64,000 nt of DNA, taken from positions 832,001 through 896,000 of the forward strand of contig BK006938.2 of the NCBI GenBank assembly GCA_000146045.2, read 5' to 3'. Source of the stretch: TPA_inf: Saccharomyces. Lineage: Eukaryota. Below are positions 45,780-55,231 of the stretch, piece by piece. A program made the position numbers and the translations under genes. Each line of letters begins with the position of its first letter. The first letter of the stretch is position 1. A model generated the notes under the pieces. It saw only the letters and a list, made by a program, of their open reading frames with translations. It was not told the DNA's origin and did not search any database.

Positions 45780-46044
45780 GTAAAGAATATACTGGAAGTT
45801 CTCCTCGATGATATAGGAATCCTCGAAATGGAATCTATATTTCTACATACTAATATTACGATTGTTCCTCATTCCGTTTTTATATGTTTCATTATCCTAT
45901 TACATTATCAATCCTTGCACTTCAGCTTCCTCTAACTTCGATGACAGCTTCTCATAACTTATGTCATCATCTAACACCGTATATGATAATATATTGATAC
46001 TATAACTATTAGTTGATAGACGATAGTGGATTTTTATTCCAACA
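45780..46044 (-). repeat. Right, 5' fragment of the same older solo delta (minus orientation) that the Ty2 insertion split.
   Basis: gtaaa|gaatatactggaagttctcctcgatgatataggaatcctcgaaatggaatctatatttctacatactaatattacg…ttattccaaca is the reverse complement of the delta 5' two-thirds. It ends in ccaaca at 46039-46044 and is followed by tatat. Joined with 39749-39820 it reconstitutes one delta of about 330 bp with a TATAT target-site duplication. Confidence 0.75.
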
Positions 46045-46100
46045 TATATTCACTCGTTTCTCCGAATGAAAATAAATAACATCTATTGACTATTCCTTTT

Positions 46101-46302
46101 TGTTGATATATCATCATATGTGGTGAAAGAAGATGACAAAAAAATTGAGAACAAGAAATGCCAAGGTGGATAAAATAATATGATAATAAGCAACAATATA
46201 TAAAATGAAAGAGGAAATAATATCATCATTACTTAGAAAATACGACTCATCTCTGTGTCCCCTAGGAAAAGTTCAAGTATATCCTAAACCTGATACTATG
46301 GC
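46101..46302 (+). repeat. Left fragment of a second divergent solo LTR (plus orientation), which the Ty1 insertion split. Its right fragment is at 52221-52276.
   Basis: It starts tgttgatatatcatcatatgtggtgaaagaagatgac…, with delta-like blocks. The segment after the Ty1 (atggcctctttaacactaatatcccgacaattttcccaaaattcaaagaattctca) aligns to the canonical delta 3' end (ATAGCCTTTATCAACAATGGAATCCCAACAATTATCTCAACATTCACCCATTTCTCA). Confidence 0.55.
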
Positions 46303-46636
46303 TGAGAAATATGTGGGTAATTAGATAATTGTTGGGATTCCATTGTTGATAAAGGCTATAATATTAGGTATACAGAATATACTAGAAGTTCTCCTCGAGG
46401 ATTTAGGAATCCATAAAAGGGAATCTGCAATTCTACACAATTCTATAAATATTATTATCATCGTTTTATATGTTAATATTCATTGATCCTATTACATTAT
46501 CAATCCTTGCGTTTCAGCTTCCACTAATTTAGATGACTATTTCTCATCATTTGCGTCATCTTCTAACACCGTATATGATAATATACTAGTAACGTAAATA
46601 CTAGTTAGTAGATGATAGTTGATTTTTATTCCAACA
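46303..46636 (-). repeat. Ty1 3' LTR (delta), on the minus strand.
   Basis: The sequence is highly similar to the Ty2 LTRs in reverse orientation. Confidence 0.88.
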
Positions 46637-46658
46637 TACCACCCATAATGTAATAGAT

Positions 46659-49600
46659 CTAATGAATCCATTTGTTTGTTAATAGTTTAAATGTTTTTAT
46701 CGGAAGAGGTTTTGTCATCACATCAGCAATGTTCTTCTTGGTCTCGATGTAGTATACGTATAAATTATTACCTGATACTTCATCTCTAAGTCTCATTGCC
46801 TTTGTGCCAAAAAATCTGTTTCTAAATTTCTCTTCATTTGTAGACTTAATTATACTGATCGTTGATCTACTATCAGTAAGTAAGCCTTTAATAATTGGTT
46901 TCTTGTTAAGTTCTTGCACAAGGTGACTGAGGTTATTCAATAGCGGAATAGCTTCACTGACTGCGTGTATTTCTGCTTCTGTAGTTGAAGTGCATGTTAA
47001 CGAAGCCTTTGTCGACTTTCCTCCAATCACTTTTCCGTTGAGTAGGAAAATGTTACCAATTTGTGACTTGTAATATGGTTGGTTACCATATGAAGCATCA
47101 CTTATTGCGACTAGTTTATTATCTGGCTTGGTAGGTTTGTTTTTGTGCCATATTAATTGTTTATCTCTAGTGTCCCACATGAATTGTATTAACTCATATG
47201 TCATGTCTAAAACTTGCCTAGAGGGGAATAGTATATGTTGAGCAAGTGTGTTGATGTAGTATAGTAAGTCAAATCTAAATTTATATCCAACATATGAAGC
47301 TAGACCAATCAACTTTTGCATTTCATGCACTTTCTCTTTGTATTCATCTTCATCTATTTCTAGTTCATCCTGGTCTATATAATGACCTGGTTGACCTGGA
47401 GCTCTAAGTTTCTTTCCTTTTGGGTTCAAAGGTACGTTTAGTTTGGGTAATTTTTCTGTCAAGGATTTTTCCATACCTAATTTCATGTATTTACCTCTTT
47501 GATATTTGATTTCTAAGCCAAGTATGTCGTACTGAATTTCGTTATCACTTTCACCCAGATTTATTATCTTTGTATCGTATTGTTTCTTGAGTGTTGTTAT
47601 GATTTTCTTATTTGCATTTAAGTCTTTGCTGAACAATATCATATCATCAACGAATAAGCAAATTGTTACTTGACTATTCTTAAATACGCATGACCATCCA
47701 CGAACTTCTTCCATACCACACTGTTTTATCAGGTATGATTTGATAGTTTCGTACCAGTTCGCTCCACTTTGTTTCAATCCATAAAGTGATTTCTTCAAAC
47801 GTATCAACTTATCATTCATTCCTAAATGTGGTGGAGGTCTTATGTATAATTCTTCTTTGATGTCTGCATACAAATATGCCGAAGATATGTCTAATTGTGT
47901 AATATAGTAGTTATTGTCTAATGCAAGTGACAGGGATGTCATCAACGCATAATGATGTACAGTGTTGGATTGCATACCTGTATCGTACGTATCAGGATGC
48001 TGAATGTCACCTCTTGCAACAAATCTAGCTTTATGAGTTCCGTCACGTTTCTTGTTGAAGATAAACATTGAGTTTATTACTCTTTTAGGGTCTATTTCTT
48101 TTCTGTCATAATATTTGTCAGTGTCCCAAGTATTCATTTTCAATAGTTGGTTGACTTCTTTGTGGTATGCTTCGATATATTTTTCCTTTTCTTTAATATC
48201 TTTATTATAGGTGATTGCCTCATCGTATCTTAAAGTTGTCCGTATTGGTTTGATTGATTTTACTGCTTTTACAGCTGCAATCAGGTGAATTCGTTTCTTC
48301 GATCTCGGAGGTTCTAAACTACGCATATTCTTAGTATTCCATGTGTCTCGTGATACCTTAATTTCAGTTTCATTATCTTCTAATGATCTTTTCTTACTGT
48401 TGATAGTAGTATAGGCATTAGAGTCACCAATACCACCCAAACTGGAATTAGTTTGATGAGAATTTATCGGTGGGAGTTCTTTAAATGGGTCAGGGAATTC
48501 GGTAGGAGATTCTGGAGGTAGATCAGGGAGTGGGAGATCAGCGATGATAGATTCCTCGGTATTCTGTTCAGAAACAGTAGTTGGCGTTTTGATAGGAACA
48601 ATATTGTGCGATGAATTATTTTCCGGTGGAGAAGCATCGATTGAAGGTGAACGGTGTATAATCCTTTTCTCAGTCTCTTGGTCACTTATCTGCGGAACAG
48701 TTTTGTTGTTGGTACCACCCGTACTGGATATTGGTACGTTTGTATGATTAGTCTCATTTTCACTGTACGAGTCTGAGTGTCTGAAATCTTTAGATTTACT
48801 GGCGTACGACGACTCATGTGTGTTAGATTGGGACATGGGAGCAAGTAAAGGAACATCTAATCTATGCATACCACCCGAATCGGTACTCTCGATATCGGAA
48901 ATTTGGGGGGTGCTAGATCTCTTCTTAGATGGAAGAATATTAGATTCAGATATGTTGGGGTCAACTTCTCTGGGTGCGCGAATATTGGTTTTAGAAACAC
49001 GTTTCGAATCTTCAGTATGAGTTGACGGGGGTGTGGAATCGGTTGGACTCACAGCTTTTGAAAGGACATTTCTCGGTTGCTCAGGATATAGTTCAATATC
49101 AGATTGAAAGTCATGGTCTGATTCTATGTTAAGATCATTGGATTGTTGGATCTCATTTGACGCAATGAACGATTGATATGAAGCAGTTAAACGGTTTAAG
49201 TCTTCATCGAAAGTGAGTGCGTCGTAATTGAATTGATCTAATCTGGAGTCCTTGCCCTGAAGAATAACATAGTTAGTTGTATCTACTGTCTTCTTTAAGG
49301 ATGGAAGATAGATGATATATCCATAAGAGTTTCGAGACGGATGTAGAGCGTAGCCTGGGATGCCACGAGGATGTATTTTGGAGTTAGGGTTGTGATCATT
49401 GACGATAACAGGTTGACCGAAAGGTAACAAAGTACTGATATCAAGTCCTGCCAAGCCAGCATGTTGTCTTGCAGATTTTTTGCTTTTAGGTGAAGCTAGT
49501 GAATTTCTCACAATAGTAGAAAATTCGATTGCAGAGAACCATAAATGGTTCGGTAAACCACTACATTGCAGTTGAGTACGGCAGTCATCTAATAAGGTAC

Positions 49601-51927
49601 GGTTTAGCCGTTCAGCGACTCCATGTGCTCGGGAATCCGCTGTGGTTGTATAGCATGGAGTTATACCATTTTTTTCAAGGAATTTATGGAGAGTTCTGTT
49701 AGTATACTCAGAACCACGGTCCATTTGTATAACCAAGACACTGGCCTGAAACTGGTTTTTAATAAAAGCTAGTATCGTAGTAAAAACATCGAGGATAGAG
49801 TCCTCGCGACGGTCGTGTAATGGATAAACCCAACGGAATTTTGTTGTCTCATCAGTAAATGAGATGAAATAGGATGGTGCACTATTTGGTAGGTTGTGAA
49901 CTGGACCAAATATGTCAGTATGTAGGTATTGAAAGGGTTCGTATGAATTTTGGTATTTTAGTCGTGAACCTTTGATATGTCTGTGTTTGGTGCTTTTGCC
50001 GATTAAACAATCAGGACATTGATAGTCAATAGCACTAGACCAGTCGACATCTGATTCGTTAAAATACGTGATGGTGTTATTTTTAAGTGAGTATCGAATT
50101 GTCTGTGCATTGGCATGCGCAAGCATTCGATGAATGAAAGGATAAGGATATTTGCGTGTACTTTCACTTGTATGGACATTATTGATGGTGGGTACGGAGA
50201 TATTTGATGGAAGCAAGTACTTTTTAGATACCCAGTAAAAGTCTCCATATTTTACGATAGGTGCAAGTACAGTGCCGTCAGATCGTTCTAAGACGTTTTT
50301 GGTAAAGCATGCTGTGATATCTACTGCAGCCAATTCATTCAAACTGAGTAAGTCATAGGCTATGTTAGGAGTGTGCAATACCTTTATTGATGTTTTGGTG
50401 TTGTCCTGGAAGTGAAATTGTAGGTCACCAATAGCGTTAATTGGTATATTTCTTTTTTGAGCATCAACTACGTTTATGTCAGGATTAGATGATGCTGAGT
50501 GTATGTGATGAGCAGATCTTATAAGGGTTCGTGATGCTCCTGAATCGAGAAGGAGGTGTCCAGGGAGTTCATCATCAGAATGATTAGTATGATTTACTGT
50601 AGATTCAGTAAGTTTCTGGCCTAAGATGAAGGTCGTGCTTATTGTTCAATTGAATCGGTTCAGTAGTTGATTTACTGATGGAATCGTTGTCCGTGCTGGG
50701 AGAGTTAATAGATGTGGATACATTGTGAGCCCTGGCTGTTTTCGATTTCGAATTATTTGTTTTTTGAGGATTCCGAGCTATAACTTTGGGTTTGGTTGTA
50801 TTCGTATAGCTGCGAGAATCATTCTTCTCATCACTCCGATTTCTCCTGTAATTAGGTTTGCTGTTTCTCGATCCCTGTTGTTCTTCATAAATAGCATGGA
50901 TATCTAAGAACAGTTCAGCGACTGTCATATTTAGATGTCGATGACGTGTGTAGCGTAAAAATTTATATTCGCCAGATAGACCTCTCATAATTAATTGGCA
51001 TGCGACCTTGTTATTGATATGAATGCCATTATTGTTCAGTCTGTCGATAATGTTTGTGACTTTTGTTTCAAATGCATCTGCAGGTGTACTGCCATTATAT
51101 TGCAAATTTGCCAGGGTCACAATGTCGTTTGCCTCTTGGGTATCAGATTGCATTTTTTCAATACTTTTGGAAAGAATTTTCATGATATCCGTATAATCAA
51201 CGGATAGGATGTCTTTGACCCAGGTAGGTAGGAATTGAGAGGGAGCAAATATTTGAAAAGTGTTATACAAGAAGGTGAGTTCATCATCAGTGATCTGACG
51301 TACGGGTTTTCCGTTTACTGTCGGAATAATACCACCGAGATTCGAGTTTTGTAAAAATTTGATGTATGTTTTAACCCAATTTGGAAAGTCATTAGGTGAG
51401 GTTAACATTGGTGGTGGTCTGACATATTTTTTAGTGGATGTCATATCAGAGTCCGCTGAGGATGAATCAGTAAATGTATTACCTGACTCAGGTGATGGAG
51501 TGCTCAGAGGCGTTCCAACTGATGATGGATACTGCGGAAACTGTGATTGTGGCCCAGGTGGAAAGTACATAGGCGACATTTGATAAGGTGTATACGGAAT
51601 CATAGATGGGTGTCCGTAAAATGACCAACCAGATGGATTGGCTTGGTTTTGGGTCATCATGCACTGCTGTGGGTACGGCCCATTCTGTGGAGGTGGTACT
51701 GAAGCAGGTTGAGGAGAGGCATGATGGGGGTTCTCTGGAACAGCTGATGAAGCAGGTGTTGTTGTCTGTTGAGAGTTAGCCTTAGTGGAAGCCTTATCAT
51801 ATTCTTGAATTTTGGAAGCTGAAACGTCTAACGGATCTTGATTTGTGTGGACTTCCTTAGAAGTAACCGAAGCACAGGCGCTACCATGAGATATATGTGG
51901 GTAATTAGATAATTGTTGGGATTCCAT
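46659..51927 (-). CDS. Ty1 TYA-TYB (Gag-Pol) polyprotein made by a +1 frameshift, 1755 aa, on the minus strand.
   Basis: The reverse complement of the frameshift heptamer, gcctaag, lies at 50619-50625. The pol frame stays open to the stop at 46659-46661. The protein ends …[12 protein letters not shown], identical to the Ty2 copy. Confidence 0.88.
50605..51927 (-). CDS. Ty1 TYA (Gag), 440 aa.
   Basis: This ORF is in the track, and it ends with …[13 protein letters not shown]. Confidence 0.9.
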
Positions 51928-52220
51928 TGTTGATAAAGGCTATAATATTAGGTATACAGAATATACTAGAAGTTCTCCTCGAGGATTTAGGAATCCATAA
52001 AAGGGAATCTGCAATTCTACACAATTCTATAAATATTATTATCATCGTTTTATATGTTAATATTCATTGATCCTATTACATTATCAATCCTTGCGTTTCA
52101 GCTTCCACTAATTTAGATGACTATTTCTCATCATTTGCGTCATCTTCTAACACCGTATATGATAATATACTAGTAACGTAAATACTAGTTAGTAGATGAT
52201 AGTTGATTTTTATTCCAACA
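51887..52220 (-). repeat. Ty1 5' LTR (delta), on the minus strand.
   Basis: The gag ATG at 51927 lies inside the LTR. The LTR ends, in its own orientation, next to the PBS. Confidence 0.88.
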
Positions 52221-52276
52221 ATGGCCTCTTTAACACTAATATCCCGACAATTTTCCCAAAATTCAAAGAATTCTCA
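52221..52276 (+). repeat. Right, 3' fragment of the divergent solo LTR that the Ty1 insertion split. It ends ttctca, 85 bp upstream of the tRNA gene.
   Basis: See the entry for 46101-46302. Confidence 0.55.
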
Positions 52277-52360
52277 GAAAGAGCTATTTTTTTTTTTAAT
52301 AAAATTATTAGTACTAATTCCAGTATAAATAACAATGTTATTTACGTCTCTTTCGAAAAT

Positions 52361-52493
52361 GCTCGTGTAGCTCAGTGGTTAGAGCTTCGTGCTTATAGCA
52401 ACATTCGGTTTCCGAAGTTTCTGTGCCAAAGACCTTTCAAACAGGCCTTTAAAAGCAACGCGACCGTCGTGGGTTCAAACCCCACCTCGAGCA
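52361..52493 (+). tRNA. tRNA-Ile (anticodon UAU) gene with a 60-nt intron (recalled as tI(UAU)D).
   Basis: The 5' exon gctcgtgtagctcagtggttagagcttcgtgcttata is at 52361-52397, the intron at 52398-52457, and the 3' exon acgcgaccgtcgtgggttcaaaccccacctcgagca at 52458-52493. The spliced product folds as a 73-nt cloverleaf with anticodon loop cTTATAa. It has an A box (TAGCTCAGTGGTTAGAG) and a B box (GGTTCAAACCC). The only yeast tRNA with a 60-nt intron is Ile-UAU. Confidence 0.93.
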
Positions 52494-52500
52494 CTTTCTC

Positions 52501-52509
52501 TTTTTTTTT
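52501..52509 (+). terminator. RNA polymerase III terminator, a T9 run.
   Basis: Nine consecutive T residues begin 8 nt downstream of the tRNA 3' end. Confidence 0.85.
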
Positions 52510-52572
52510 CACACGCGTTTGCAACATGCCCGTATTACATGAGCTTATTTGACTTTAGATGGTTTTCAGTTC

Positions 52573-52594
52573 TTTTTTTTTTTTTTTTTTTTTT
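52573..52594. repeat. Poly(dT) tract of about 22 nt between the tRNA-Ile gene and GCD6.
   Basis: Uninterrupted T run, 133 bp upstream of the GCD6 ATG. Confidence 0.95.
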
Positions 52595-52726
52595 CAGTAG
52601 ATTAATGCGAAGAGTTAAATCACCAATTCAAAGATGGCAGATGGACCACCTTGTGGGATAAGTATAAAAATAACTAAAAGTGGTCTTGTGTTAAAAATAG
52701 AATAGAAACCACTCATAAGGCAAAAG

Positions 52727-54865
52727 ATGGCTGGAAAAAAGGGACAAAAGAAAAGTGGACTAGGCAACCATGGAAAGAACTCTGATATGGATGTTGAAGA
52801 TCGTCTCCAGGCCGTTGTCTTGACAGACTCTTATGAAACTAGGTTTATGCCACTGACAGCTGTCAAGCCAAGGTGTTTGCTGCCACTGGCTAACGTACCT
52901 CTCATTGAATACACCTTAGAATTTTTGGCTAAGGCTGGCGTACATGAAGTTTTCTTAATTTGCTCTTCTCATGCCAACCAAATTAATGACTATATTGAGA
53001 ATTCTAAGTGGAACTTGCCTTGGTCTCCATTTAAAATTACCACCATTATGTCTCCAGAAGCTAGATGTACGGGTGATGTTATGAGAGATCTAGATAATAG
53101 AGGTATCATTACTGGAGATTTTATTTTAGTCAGTGGTGATGTATTGACTAACATCGATTTCAGCAAAATGCTAGAATTTCACAAAAAAATGCATTTGCAA
53201 GATAAAGATCACATCTCGACAATGTGTTTGAGCAAAGCGAGTACCTATCCAAAAACAAGAACTATTGAGCCTGCCGCATTTGTCTTAGACAAATCCACCA
53301 GTAGGTGTATTTATTACCAAGATTTACCATTACCAAGCTCTAGAGAGAAGACTTCCATTCAGATTGACCCAGAATTGTTGGATAATGTCGATGAATTTGT
53401 CATAAGGAATGACCTCATCGATTGTAGAATTGACATTTGTACATCTCATGTACCTTTGATATTTCAAGAAAATTTTGACTACCAATCATTAAGGACAGAC
53501 TTTGTTAAAGGTGTCATTTCAAGCGATATATTGGGAAAGCATATATATGCCTATTTGACGGACGAATATGCTGTAAGAGTTGAAAGTTGGCAAACTTACG
53601 ACACCATTTCTCAAGACTTTTTAGGTAGATGGTGTTATCCCTTGGTCTTAGACTCTAACATACAGGACGATCAAACGTATTCTTATGAATCAAGACATAT
53701 ATACAAGGAAAAAGACGTTGTTTTGGCCCAATCCTGTAAAATTGGTAAGTGCACTGCAATTGGATCAGGAACAAAAATCGGAGAGGGTACGAAAATTGAG
53801 AATTCCGTGATTGGAAGGAACTGCCAAATCGGTGAAAATATTAGAATCAAGAACAGTTTCATTTGGGATGACTGTATCATCGGAAATAACAGTATAATTG
53901 ACCATTCATTAATTGCCTCTAATGCCACGTTAGGGAGTAATGTACGCCTAAATGATGGCTGTATAATTGGTTTCAACGTTAAAATTGATGATAATATGGA
54001 TTTAGATAGAAACACAAAAATATCTGCCAGTCCATTAAAAAATGCCGGCTCAAGAATGTATGATAATGAAAGCAATGAGCAGTTTGACCAAGACCTTGAT
54101 GATCAGACACTAGCCGTTTCTATTGTTGGAGATAAGGGTGTTGGTTATATTTACGAAAGCGAGGTGTCTGACGATGAAGATAGTTCTACAGAAGCCTGCA
54201 AAGAAATAAACACTTTGAGTAACCAATTAGATGAGTTATACTTAAGTGACGATTCAATTTCTTCCGCCACTAAAAAGACAAAGAAAAGAAGAACGATGTC
54301 TGTCAATAGTATATACACGGATAGAGAAGAAATTGATTCTGAATTTGAGGACGAAGATTTTGAGAAAGAAGGTATTGCCACCGTGGAGCGTGCTATGGAA
54401 AACAATCATGATCTTGACACAGCATTATTAGAATTGAACACCTTGAGAATGAGTATGAACGTGACATATCATGAGGTGAGAATAGCAACAATAACTGCAT
54501 TATTGAGAAGAGTTTACCACTTTATTGCAACTCAAACATTAGGTCCCAAGGACGCTGTGGTGAAGGTTTTTAATCAGTGGGGACTGTTGTTCAAGAGACA
54601 AGCCTTTGATGAAGAAGAGTATATTGATTTGATGAACATCATAATGGAAAAAATTGTAGAACAGAGTTTTGACAAACCGGATTTGATTCTATTTAGTGCA
54701 TTGGTTTCTCTATACGATAATGACATAATTGAGGAGGATGTCATTTATAAATGGTGGGATAATGTTTCTACTGACCCTCGCTATGATGAAGTCAAGAAAT
54801 TAACTGTAAAGTGGGTTGAGTGGTTACAGAATGCTGACGAAGAATCTTCCTCAGAAGAGGAATAA
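52727..54865 (+). CDS. GCD6: GCD6 (YDR211W), catalytic epsilon subunit of the eIF2B guanine-nucleotide exchange factor, 712 aa.
   Basis: The 712-aa ORF has an N-terminal nucleotidyl-transferase-like domain, hexapeptide (left-handed beta-helix) repeats in the middle (…IGRNCQIGENIRIKNSFIWDDCIIGNNSII…) and a C-terminal W2 domain with acidic/aromatic boxes (…WVEWLQNADEESSSEEE). Confidence 0.95.
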   Translation: MAGKKGQKKSGLGNHGKNSDMDVEDRLQAVVLTDSYETRFMPLTAVKPRCLLPLANVPLIEYTLEFLAKAGVHEVFLICSSHANQINDYIENSKWNLPWSPFKITTIMSPEARCTGDVMRDLDNRGIITGDFILVSGDVLTNIDFSKMLEFHKKMHLQDKDHISTMCLSKASTYPKTRTIEPAAFVLDKSTSRCIYYQDLPLPSSREKTSIQIDPELLDNVDEFVIRNDLIDCRIDICTSHVPLIFQENFDYQSLRTDFVKGVISSDILGKHIYAYLTDEYAVRVESWQTYDTISQDFLGRWCYPLVLDSNIQDDQTYSYESRHIYKEKDVVLAQSCKIGKCTAIGSGTKIGEGTKIENSVIGRNCQIGENIRIKNSFIWDDCIIGNNSIIDHSLIASNATLGSNVRLNDGCIIGFNVKIDDNMDLDRNTKISASPLKNAGSRMYDNESNEQFDQDLDDQTLAVSIVGDKGVGYIYESEVSDDEDSSTEACKEINTLSNQLDELYLSDDSISSATKKTKKRRTMSVNSIYTDREEIDSEFEDEDFEKEGIATVERAMENNHDLDTALLELNTLRMSMNVTYHEVRIATITALLRRVYHFIATQTLGPKDAVVKVFNQWGLLFKRQAFDEEEYIDLMNIIMEKIVEQSFDKPDLILFSALVSLYDNDIIEEDVIYKWWDNVSTDPRYDEVKKLTVKWVEWLQNADEESSSEEE

Positions 54866-55231
54866 AAGTCCACGCAGTACCCTGCATAATCATGTATTAC
54901 CATAAAAAGGCTTTAATATGAGAAAAAGGTGAGCGCTATATAGATTTAGTAATTTACATGTTACAGAAGCAAAAAGCAAATATATATATATTTTTTATCA
55001 TATTAGTTTTTATCCTCAGTAGTACTACTGAAATAATAATCTCAGATTTTTTTTTTTCACTTGCCGAGGGACCTTGTCCTAAGTGGCAAAGAACTGAAAA
55101 AAAAAAAAATTGAAATGCGGTGGTATCACATGAAGAGTAAATAACTTAAGCAAAAGAGAGGCCACTGAGAGAGTACAAGAAAGGGACAATAACAATAGAC
55201 AGAAGACTTTTATATTTGTAATAACTTAGCG

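Larger units (their letters stand above)
46303..52220 (-). mobile_element. Full-length Ty1 LTR-retrotransposon, 5918 bp, on the minus strand (ORFs recalled as YDR210C-C and YDR210C-D), with the 5-bp target-site duplication ATGGC.
   Basis: LTRs lie at 46303-46636 and 51887-52220. The plus strand reads tgagaaat…ccaaca, which is the reverse complement of TGTTGG…TCTCA. ATGGC is found at 46298-46302 and at 52221-52225. The PBS reverse complement ggcgctacca lies at 51877-51886. A PPT reverse complement (taccaccc) lies just inside the 3' LTR edge at about 46637. The Gag is the Ty1 type of 440 aa ([39 protein letters not shown]...). The Gag-Pol product is 1755 aa. Confidence 0.9.
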
